A DNA stretch of 64,000 nt. It comes from an uncultured Christensenellaceae bacterium. GTDB taxonomy: Bacteria > Bacillota > Clostridia > Christensenellales > UBA3700. Location: positions 105,154 through 169,153 of the forward strand of contig CALWHF010000002.1 of NCBI GenBank assembly GCA_944380305.1. Direction: 5' to 3'. The first letter of the stretch is position 1. The number at the start of each line of letters is the position of its first letter. The translations under genes were made by a program, and so were the position numbers. Below are positions 41,875 to 50,225 of the stretch, in pieces. The notes beneath the pieces are model-generated. The model was not told where the DNA came from. It made no database searches and was given only the letters and a program-made list of their open reading frames with translations.

Positions 41875-42921
41875 ATGCCTTATCCTGAAACCAAAGTCTA
41901 CTTTGACGGCAGTCATTATATTGCCATACCGCACACGACAAGACCAGGTCTGAAACGTTCGTATCAGCCGGAAGAAGAAATAGAATTATCGGAAGAGCCG
42001 TCTTCTTCTCTCTCCGATGCCGAGCCGATCGAGTGCGACGTTCTGCCGTTTGAAGATAACAGCGCCGACGTCAGCAATATCGGTATCGAAAATAGCACTG
42101 AAAACCATTGCGGAGTTACTGAAACATCGAATCAAACCAATAAAAAGAGAACGACAAGAAAAGAATTGTTTGAAAACTTGTATGACGAAACCAGAAACTT
42201 AAAGCGTGCCGAACGAAAGAAATTCATACTAAAAAATATGGCACAGTATTTTAAGAATATGAAATCCGCAAAGGAGTACGTCGACCGTCAGTTCGAAAGA
42301 AAACTCAGAAACCTTATCTGCAGAAGAATAAGGCTGACGCGCAAAGTAAACCTGCAGGAGTTCAACTATTTCTGCACTTTTACCTACGACGGATCCAAGC
42401 ATACCGAAGCAGAGTTCAAAAGCAAACTGCGAAGCTGTTTTAAGATGATGTGCCATCGTAAAAAATGGAAATACGTCGGAGTCTGGGAGAGATCTCCCGA
42501 AAAGCAAAGGCTGCATTTTCACGGTTTATTCTATATCCCTGACGGGTCGATGCCTGGTGAACTGATGAAGGTGAACGACTACTCTCCCGTAAAAAAGAAG
42601 GTGCAGTATACTTTGCAGAACACCTACTTTAACGAACGCTTCGGCAGATCTGATTTCAAGCCCGTCTGCGACCGCTCGGAGTTAGGCAATGCCATAGCCT
42701 ACCTGACTAAATACATGGAAAAAACGGGCGAAAAGGTCGTCTACTCAAAAGGTCTTCCGCAGTTTTTCATAACTGACATAGAAGACGACGATGTAGTCTG
42801 CACAATCGGCGCAGACGATTCGAAACTACTGCTCTTTGACAACTTCATATGCTGGGACGAAGGCGAATATATCGGTCCCGTAAGCAAAGACACGATAAGC
42901 AAACTGAGAAAAAGCAACTAA
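41875..42921 (+). CDS. rep: HUH-superfamily rolling-circle replication initiator
   Basis: LHFHGLFYIP (HUH) and AIAYLTKYMEKTGE (YxxK catalytic-Tyr motif). RBS GGAGGTG. Confidence 0.7.
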   Translation: MPYPETKVYFDGSHYIAIPHTTRPGLKRSYQPEEEIELSEEPSSSLSDAEPIECDVLPFEDNSADVSNIGIENSTENHCGVTETSNQTNKKRTTRKELFENLYDETRNLKRAERKKFILKNMAQYFKNMKSAKEYVDRQFERKLRNLICRRIRLTRKVNLQEFNYFCTFTYDGSKHTEAEFKSKLRSCFKMMCHRKKWKYVGVWERSPEKQRLHFHGLFYIPDGSMPGELMKVNDYSPVKKKVQYTLQNTYFNERFGRSDFKPVCDRSELGNAIAYLTKYMEKTGEKVVYSKGLPQFFITDIEDDDVVCTIGADDSKLLLFDNFICWDEGEYIGPVSKDTISKLRKSN

Positions 42922-43054
42922 ACAGCAGCTAAAGATTACGGTCAAAACCGAAAACCGCGCAACGGCTAAAGCGGAAGACCGCCCAAAGCGGTTCAGCGGG
43001 CGGCTCCGCTTCCGTTTGCGTTTCGTTTTACGTATCTTCCCTTTTCTGCCTTTT

Positions 43055-43116
43055 GGCGTGTGCTTGTCGCGACGGCGCGCAGCGCCGGCGCTCTCGTATC
43101 AAGACAAGCACACGCC
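43055..43116. repeat. Perfect 14-bp inverted repeat with GC-rich loop at the Rep-module / AT-rich-island junction
   Basis: GGCGTGTGCTTGTC (43055-43068) and GACAAGCACACGCC (43103-43116). The 34-nt spacer is itself GC-rich and partly palindromic. Confidence 0.75.
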
Positions 43117-43157
43117 GCGGTTGCAAATTAAATTCCAATCACAGATAATATTTTCGT

Positions 43158-44618
43158 TTAATATTTTTTTGCTATCAGTGAAATAAATTTCTCTGCATCT
43201 TCTTTATTGTATTCTTGAGATATTATATCAAATACTCTTTCAAGTATTGTCTTTTGCTGTATGGTCAATTTATCATTGATGTTTAACGCACTATATTTTG
43301 TTAAAGTTTTTTGCATATGTAACAATTTTGCAATTGTTCCAAAAAAACTTTCATCTGCAACTGATGACGACTCATCTATATCCATAAGAACCGATTCACT
43401 CATTTCTTCCATCATTTCCAGTGTTTCTGTATTTAGTCCATTTATATCTTCATTATCTAAAATGCTAAGTTTATCCTTTGATAAGCTTCTTTCAGAAGAT
43501 TTTTTACGGATATCTTTAGTTATATTGCTTGCCCATTCCTCTATTAAATCTACAAAGCTATAATACGCATTATTTTTTTCAAAGTCATCTCTTCTAGAAT
43601 TAATTATTAGTTCAGGATCAATTATATAAATTTCACCAATAAGCCACCCGTTAAATCGTTCTTCTTTAAAAAAATGATTACAGGTCGATTTCCCACCGAC
43701 TAAAATATTGCCTTGACGAATTCGAATGCCTTTTATTTGATTATCCATAATGGTGCCCATATAATTTGTATTTGCATACCATAAAATAGCAGCCATTTTT
43801 TCGTCTTTACATAATGGAACAATTTCTACATCTTGTATTGTATCAAATATCTTTTTCACTCTATCAGCTACAAATGTGTTTTGATATGGTTTATATAGAT
43901 CTTGTTTTTCCCCATCCACATTTAAAATAACTCTATAGCAATCTATGTGGTATCCTATATTCTTAATTTTCTCATTGATTAATGAGCCCCAATTAAAATC
44001 ATTATTGAAAGGCAACGGACAATGTTGAACCAAATAATCTTTTACTTGTTCGCAATCTATAAGCTTATCTGCCATATCAACACCCTCAAGTATTACTTCG
44101 AAATAATGACTTGAAATTTTCTCAGGTGAAAATTCAATCGTAACGATTTCGTTGATTACAGATTTAATGCTCATTTCAGTTTCGTTACCCATAAGCAATA
44201 ATCGTTTTAGCTTTTTTGCATCAAATTTGATTTTTACTTTATTATTTTCATTTAATGCAGATGTAATAAAGGTTAAAGTATCACAATAACCCAAACCTGA
44301 CAATCTGCCAATTCCTCTAAACCCACGAGAAACTTGCCTGTGCTTTTGAGAGTTCCCAATATCCAATAAAGTTCTTACAGCTTTTTCGCTCCTAATTCCA
44401 ATGCCGTTATCTTTGATTGATATAGCTTTTTTATTTGTGTCAAGACAAACCTCAATCTTTAAATCATTTTGACCGCATAAACCTTCTTTAATTGTTTCAT
44501 CGAAAGAATCAACTGCATTTTGTATATACTCTCTATATAAGTCAAAAGGAGAAGCATACATTCCATTAGTCAAAGACTCCAACGTATACTTTCCAACCAT
44601 AAAATCCAATTCCATCAT
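43158..44618 (-). CDS. GHKL (Hsp90/MORC-like) ATPase, paralog 2
   Basis: YIQNAVDSFDE (N box), IKDNGIGI (G1) and GFRGIGRLSGLGY (G2). Clear paralog of 56955-58475, sharing VGKYTLESLT.GMY...YREYIQN.VD. Has a 4-nt ATGA overlap with the radical SAM gene. Confidence 0.8.
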   Translation of the reverse strand: MMELDFMVGKYTLESLTNGMYASPFDLYREYIQNAVDSFDETIKEGLCGQNDLKIEVCLDTNKKAISIKDNGIGIRSEKAVRTLLDIGNSQKHRQVSRGFRGIGRLSGLGYCDTLTFITSALNENNKVKIKFDAKKLKRLLLMGNETEMSIKSVINEIVTIEFSPEKISSHYFEVILEGVDMADKLIDCEQVKDYLVQHCPLPFNNDFNWGSLINEKIKNIGYHIDCYRVILNVDGEKQDLYKPYQNTFVADRVKKIFDTIQDVEIVPLCKDEKMAAILWYANTNYMGTIMDNQIKGIRIRQGNILVGGKSTCNHFFKEERFNGWLIGEIYIIDPELIINSRRDDFEKNNAYYSFVDLIEEWASNITKDIRKKSSERSLSKDKLSILDNEDINGLNTETLEMMEEMSESVLMDIDESSSVADESFFGTIAKLLHMQKTLTKYSALNINDKLTIQQKTILERVFDIISQEYNKEDAEKFISLIAKKY

Positions 44619-46648
44619 TCATCCTCATCAAAAAGTGTAATCTGATTGTACATTTGAGTTAGTGAGAGCTTTATTTGTTCAATCAAATACTCAACGCCAA
44701 CATTTTCATCTTTAGCTTGCTTTATCAGTGATGTTTTGAATTCTTCCATTTTGTCCAATAGTAATTCTTTTGCATTGGAAGAATCCAACTTTTTGATTGA
44801 ATCTATTAAAATCTTTTTCTCTTTCGATTTTAAAATACCTGCATTTATAAACAAATACGCACTTTTGACTATATCGTAATTAAACGTTTTAATATGGGTT
44901 TTAGCCTGTATTTTTGCCAAACTTCCTATAATAAATGGCGGTTCTGAGCCTTCAAAAGATAACTCGGCAAAAATATCATTTACCAATTTTTTTCTAAATA
45001 TTTTATACGCTCCTTCAATATAAGATAGTGGAATCCTTCCTGATGCTATATATCTAACCATTCTTATATAGATTAAAGGAAATTCATTACATATATAATT
45101 TACAATAAACGTAGCTTCATTTCCTTCCAACGTATTTAAAGATTTAAGCAACATTGGCAATGTAAAATAATGAATGAACAACTTTTTATGCAAATCATCT
45201 TTTAACGTAATATATTTTTCTATAGTATAGTTATTATCTCCAATTTCACGAATAAACGCTTCCTTATTATCTCCCAATTGATTAAACAATCTCGTCCATT
45301 CTGCTATATATTTTTGATTTTCGTTCCAAATTTTTAGTCTGCTTTCCAACTCAATTGGAGTTTCATTCTTATGTTCTACAAAATATCCTCTCCAACCAAG
45401 ATGTTCTTCTGGCATAGCTAAAAATTCAAGAAATTGTCTCACATCTTTTCCAAAATCTGCCTCAAAAAAAGAACGTGACGATACTCCTTTCCCTTGTGTC
45501 GGTATCATCATTCTTTGTAACGCTCTAAGATATTTCATATTCCATTTTTTACCAACATATCCTCTTTTTAAATCGGAAAGCGGTATATATCTCATTGGAA
45601 ATGAAAACAAAGTTATTTTATATCCTAATTCAGCACTTAATTCCTCACATAAATCTAACGATATTTTCATCCTGCAATACAAATCCTCAGGTGTATCGGC
45701 ATGATAATTATGACCTTTTCCTTTAAAATCATCTCCATTATAAAGCATATAATTTGACATGTGCGTAATACCATTTTCCGCACATAATCTTATCGCTTTT
45801 TTATATGCCTCAGCATCTTCAATATGGTCAAAAGCAATTCTAGCTGGACGAATTGCAAGTTCACCTAATCTTTTTGCTTTATGAGGAGTTAGAAGAAAAG
45901 CATCTAATCCTTGATTAAAATCAACATATCTTTTAACCTTTTTACCTGTTTTAGGATTTGTGTATGTAGCACCTTTGGCAAATCCCAACTCTTTAATCTC
46001 GTCAACAATTTTGTCAAAATCTGGCGATCTAAGAACATTATTATCCATTAAAAGCAAATCTTTTTTGGGACCAAATTTTTTTTCTATAAATCTTATGCTA
46101 TCTTTAATTGACAAATATGGAATATATTCTGGCTCAAGTGTTTGCACTGCACAAAATTGACACTTCATTCCACACCCTCTGGTCATATATGTGAAATAAG
46201 CATCGTGTGCAGGATAAACGTATTGATCCGAAATATCGTCTAATATACTATAATCCAAAGGCATAGTATCTACACATTCTTCACCTTTTAACCCCAATGT
46301 CCCCGTGTGATTTAAAAGTCCAGTATTATTTTTTACCGTAGGAAAATTTTCTGCAATAAGTTCTGGCATAAGAGTCGCCAAAATTCCTCCGGTATAAACT
46401 TGTGTCGGATCCTTAACTATGGATAAAGCATATTCAAGTGCCTTTTTTGTGTTTTCCCATTCAAAAGTAAAAAGCGTTGTTACATATACCCTATCCCATT
46501 TCTTGTCTTTGAATGCATCAGGTAACTTCCCTTTAGCAAATCTAACATAATCCCCGATAATATATTTATGAAAATACGATATTTTCATAAGACCCATTGG
46601 AGGATATTTATTTGAATATCCTGGTTCCAATAAAAGTATATCTGCCAT
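44615..46648 (-). CDS. Radical SAM enzyme with N-terminal B12-binding-like (Rossmann) domain
   Basis: YMTRGCGMKCQFCAV carries the CxxxCxxC motif. The N-terminal ILLLEPGYSNKYPPMGLMKISYF...VYVTTLFTF...TGGILATLMPE resembles the cobalamin-binding-type domain of class B radical SAM proteins. 677 aa. Confidence 0.82.
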   Translation of the reverse strand: MADILLLEPGYSNKYPPMGLMKISYFHKYIIGDYVRFAKGKLPDAFKDKKWDRVYVTTLFTFEWENTKKALEYALSIVKDPTQVYTGGILATLMPELIAENFPTVKNNTGLLNHTGTLGLKGEECVDTMPLDYSILDDISDQYVYPAHDAYFTYMTRGCGMKCQFCAVQTLEPEYIPYLSIKDSIRFIEKKFGPKKDLLLMDNNVLRSPDFDKIVDEIKELGFAKGATYTNPKTGKKVKRYVDFNQGLDAFLLTPHKAKRLGELAIRPARIAFDHIEDAEAYKKAIRLCAENGITHMSNYMLYNGDDFKGKGHNYHADTPEDLYCRMKISLDLCEELSAELGYKITLFSFPMRYIPLSDLKRGYVGKKWNMKYLRALQRMMIPTQGKGVSSRSFFEADFGKDVRQFLEFLAMPEEHLGWRGYFVEHKNETPIELESRLKIWNENQKYIAEWTRLFNQLGDNKEAFIREIGDNNYTIEKYITLKDDLHKKLFIHYFTLPMLLKSLNTLEGNEATFIVNYICNEFPLIYIRMVRYIASGRIPLSYIEGAYKIFRKKLVNDIFAELSFEGSEPPFIIGSLAKIQAKTHIKTFNYDIVKSAYLFINAGILKSKEKKILIDSIKKLDSSNAKELLLDKMEEFKTSLIKQAKDENVGVEYLIEQIKLSLTQMYNQITLFDEDE

Positions 46649-46677
46649 ATTTCTTCTCCTAATTCTTCTCCTAAGTT

Positions 46678-48327
46678 TTACTTAATAGTACTCAATATAT
46701 ACAAATAATATCTAGCTCTTGTTATTGCAATGTACTCTCTACTTCTTATTAAAACATCTTTTGGAAGTTTTTCGTATTCATTTTTTATATATATAATAAT
46801 ATCAGCTTCTAAACCTTTAAATTCTTCTACAGTTTTAAAGCAAATCTCATTATCATTAATTTCAGATAATTGTTTAAACGATATGTCATATCCTCCAATT
46901 CTAGTATCATCTGCCAACACAGAATCCTTAAAAGATTCATTCGAAAGAATGACAATAGATTTTGTTTGAACATACTCTTTCTTCGTAAGCCTATTTACTA
47001 TATTCGTTAATGATTTTAATGTTTGTTTACCACTCCTATACGTCATTATTTCTGGCTGAACTCCTAACAATGTATTTGCTATAGTATCTGAGCCAAGATT
47101 AGTTCTGTCCACTGCGCACTTGTAAATACATCCAGTATTTCTAATGTTATATCTTAGTATAAATGGCGGGTACTCAATTGCAAAAGCATTTTCAAAATGT
47201 TTTGAAAAAATATTTTGATTCTCGTCATAAAATACATATAAATTCGATTTTTTTTCATCTTTTAAAAGTGCTCTTACAGATAATCCCATATCTATATCAA
47301 AATCTTGCGCTTCATCGACAATTATCGAATCGTAACGCGTTTTAATTTTATCGTTATTAAGATAATCAAAACAACAGCGACTTCCGTTTTCATTAGTTGG
47401 GATTTTATAATAATCCTCTCCTAGAATTTCAAGCATTACTTCCTCGTATGTACAGCATTTAAACAATTCATCACTATCAACCTTCGAATTTACAAAATTA
47501 GCCAATTCTTTATTACAGCATAGAAACAAAACCTTTCGATTTAATATAATATCTCTTTTGGCTTTTTTTATTGCAATGTATGTTTTACCCGTTCCTGCTC
47601 CTCCGATAATTTTTACTTGTGGATAGTGAAATAAAATATCCAAAACACTATCTTGAACAAAATCTATTTTCGCAAATTCTTTTTCTTTTATTGGTATCAA
47701 TGCACCCGCAGCCGCTGATAAAGATATTCTCTTATTTACGACATTAATAAAACGATTTCTTTGGTCAATAGAAAATGGCGTATTGATATTTCGATTATTT
47801 TTCCAATAATGAAATATTTCATTAATTTTTTTTGCAAGACTTTTCATGTCTTTTATATCTATGGTAAGATCATCAGGAGCATCTTGAGCTAAAGAATTAT
47901 CTATAGCATAATTTGGAAAAGCAACAGCATATCCATATACACCTTTAAAATTCAAATTAAACTCTTCCGAAAAATAATCGTAGAAATGCCTCATACTTTT
48001 TTCAGCTTGATAATAAGGACTGCATTTTAATTCTCTTCTAGTGTTTGTATCTCCGTCGTATGTTTCGTTAAGATACCATATACCATTATCGATTTCAATG
48101 CCTGTTCCACCTTTTACTTCAATTGTTAAAAAACCGAATTGCGGATCAAAAACAAGAAAATCACATTCGCTATCTACTCGTTTATTTTCACTGTCTTTTT
48201 CAAACCATCTAATTGAATAAAACACCTGCATTCTATCCGGAAGCTGATCTTGAAATGCATAATATATGTGTTTTTCGCTTAAAGTGCAATCGTAATTTGC
48301 CAAGTCAGACGGATGCATTATTGCCAT
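46678..48327 (-). CDS. NERD-type PD-(D/E)xK nuclease fused to SF1 (UvrD-like) helicase (Nhi-like architecture)
   Basis: ECDFLVFDPQFGFLTIEVKGG (NERD), IIGGAGTGKTYIA (Walker A), IIVDEAQDF and AITRARYYLYIL. ATG 48327 follows GGGAGG and lies 2 nt after the upstream stop. Confidence 0.83.
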   Translation of the reverse strand: MAIMHPSDLANYDCTLSEKHIYYAFQDQLPDRMQVFYSIRWFEKDSENKRVDSECDFLVFDPQFGFLTIEVKGGTGIEIDNGIWYLNETYDGDTNTRRELKCSPYYQAEKSMRHFYDYFSEEFNLNFKGVYGYAVAFPNYAIDNSLAQDAPDDLTIDIKDMKSLAKKINEIFHYWKNNRNINTPFSIDQRNRFINVVNKRISLSAAAGALIPIKEKEFAKIDFVQDSVLDILFHYPQVKIIGGAGTGKTYIAIKKAKRDIILNRKVLFLCCNKELANFVNSKVDSDELFKCCTYEEVMLEILGEDYYKIPTNENGSRCCFDYLNNDKIKTRYDSIIVDEAQDFDIDMGLSVRALLKDEKKSNLYVFYDENQNIFSKHFENAFAIEYPPFILRYNIRNTGCIYKCAVDRTNLGSDTIANTLLGVQPEIMTYRSGKQTLKSLTNIVNRLTKKEYVQTKSIVILSNESFKDSVLADDTRIGGYDISFKQLSEINDNEICFKTVEEFKGLEADIIIYIKNEYEKLPKDVLIRSREYIAITRARYYLYILSTIK

Positions 48328-48329
48328 TA

Positions 48330-50210
48330 TTATTCCTCCCAAAAACCTATCGTTTTCTTTTTTGTTTCCTTATCTACATGCCCGATAATATAAGAACGGT
48401 CAAGATCTTTATTAAAATGCACACATGAAACTTCATTTAAAAATAAACACCCCGTACAGGCTTTATATCTTTCTATGCAAATCGGATCAAAAACACATTT
48501 TTGTGCCAATGCAGCTGCTCTAAAAATCCATTTGTCAAAATATGCTTCAAATAAATTTCGAAGAGAACCCAAGCTAAAACCTTGAGAATTCTGACAATAA
48601 ATCAAAATAGCTGGCACGCCTGCAAATATATACTCAGACAATGAATCTTTCCCTAATCCCCCAATTTCAGCTGCTGCTTTAATTAATAAATGAGATATAG
48701 AATGAATCAACCTGTATACATGAAATGTTTCCGGTGTCTCTGTTTCTTCTATTGATGTAAATTTACGAACGCTATCGGGTTTTATATTGTTAATGAACCA
48801 TAATTTTAATTCATATTCCGACTCCAAATTTGGAGCAAATTCTTTTTCAACAAAATTGTTCTTTAACAACCATTCCATAATCATTCTTCTATCTAACTCC
48901 AACAAAATGCCTTCTGTGTTCGTTTTTATAGCATAAATATTCTTTTTGCCTCTTACCTCTTCTTTTAAGGCATGCAATTGCACTCCGGATTCATATTCAC
49001 TTTTTACGCGTGTAAAGCCATAAGAACAGGCAATAAAAGGGATTTTATCGCAAACTTGAGCCGATTTTATACCAAATTTATGCGCAATATCCCAAAAGCA
49101 TTCTGGATTAGCATTTGTATTTAACAATTTTGCTACTTTTATTGCATCATCTAATGTGGATACATCATGGAGATCTTTGACCATATTGTATTCTAAAATA
49201 GATTCTGACACTTTTGCTACATTTGCCATAGTATTAATTAATTGAACTTTAATTTCGTCAACTATTTTATTGTAAGAGTTTCCACACTTTTTTTCAGCAA
49301 TTATTAATGCAGCTATTTTAGCCTGCGTTTCGTCTTTTAACGCAGTTAATAACATTTTATAATGTTCATCAAATATTTTTTGAAACTCGTCATCATCCGT
49401 AGTTATACCTTCTTTAATTATTTTATTCAATTCTTCTTTTGTAATTTTCTCTAACCAATGCGCAAGAACAATAAATTTCCCATAATCTTTTACATTTATA
49501 AAATCTTCAAGCTTTTCGTCAATTAGATCAATCAAACTTAAACTATATGTAAAAAATTGTGAAGGATCTAGCGCATGTTTTGGTCCTAGTTTTCTTCCAC
49601 AAATAGGGCAAGTAACAGTCATATTTATTTTCCTATTACACCCCTGAGCAGTACATATAAAGTTATATTTTCCATCCCATTTTATATACTTACTACCGTG
49701 AGTAGGACACTCAACAGGATGCTTATCTGTAGCATAACCGCATTGGCAAAAATATATTTGTCTAAACTGTGTGAGTTCCACTCCACACGAATAACATTTA
49801 TGATGTCTTTTATAGTCTTCGGCACTTTTAAACTGATAAACTTTTTTACATTTAGGGCAATAAAAAGTTAAAGGGCTTATGCTTGCCACAATTCCTCTTT
49901 CCTCATCTGATGCCTTTGGAGTTAATACATCACAATTATTTTCGTTTAACTCTGTTCCAAAACCAATCGTTGGCGGAAGCAAGGGATTTCCGTATAAACC
50001 TTGTTTATTAAACGATTCTACTTCTTGATTAACCGTCCTGATTAATCTTTTACTATTAATTCCAACTAATTTTTCACTGTTCCATCTTTCAACTTTCGCA
50101 ATATATTGCTTACGTTCTTTTCCTCGTACTGAAAAATCTATCCATGATTCTGGTAAATATTTGTATAACGATTGGGTTTTTCCTCGTTTCATTTGTCTAT
50201 CTGTACTCAT
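48330..50210 (-). CDS. drmB: DUF1998-domain protein, DrmB-like
   Basis: Central Cys-rich zinc-ribbon cluster (CPKCKK...CYSCG...CPTHG...CPICG). C-terminal HSISHLLIKAAA...CVFDPICIERYKACTGCLFLNEVSCVHFNKDLDRS is the DUF1998-type motif. Lies 15 nt downstream of the helicase gene. Confidence 0.7.
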   Translation of the reverse strand: MSTDRQMKRGKTQSLYKYLPESWIDFSVRGKERKQYIAKVERWNSEKLVGINSKRLIRTVNQEVESFNKQGLYGNPLLPPTIGFGTELNENNCDVLTPKASDEERGIVASISPLTFYCPKCKKVYQFKSAEDYKRHHKCYSCGVELTQFRQIYFCQCGYATDKHPVECPTHGSKYIKWDGKYNFICTAQGCNRKINMTVTCPICGRKLGPKHALDPSQFFTYSLSLIDLIDEKLEDFINVKDYGKFIVLAHWLEKITKEELNKIIKEGITTDDDEFQKIFDEHYKMLLTALKDETQAKIAALIIAEKKCGNSYNKIVDEIKVQLINTMANVAKVSESILEYNMVKDLHDVSTLDDAIKVAKLLNTNANPECFWDIAHKFGIKSAQVCDKIPFIACSYGFTRVKSEYESGVQLHALKEEVRGKKNIYAIKTNTEGILLELDRRMIMEWLLKNNFVEKEFAPNLESEYELKLWFINNIKPDSVRKFTSIEETETPETFHVYRLIHSISHLLIKAAAEIGGLGKDSLSEYIFAGVPAILIYCQNSQGFSLGSLRNLFEAYFDKWIFRAAALAQKCVFDPICIERYKACTGCLFLNEVSCVHFNKDLDRSYIIGHVDKETKKKTIGFWEE

Positions 50211-50225
50211 AGTCGGCTCTCCATT

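Larger units (their letters stand above)
33576..43116 (+). mobile_element. Co-directional rolling-circle-Rep module (candidate inovirus-like prophage or small integrative element)
   Basis: All of its roughly 13 genes are on the plus strand with good RBSs. It starts at the LexA-box promoter and ends with an HUH Rep and a GC-rich hairpin. It contains several membrane or secreted proteins and a membrane P-loop NTPase. Composition is intermediate between the host and the AT-rich islands. Confidence 0.45.
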
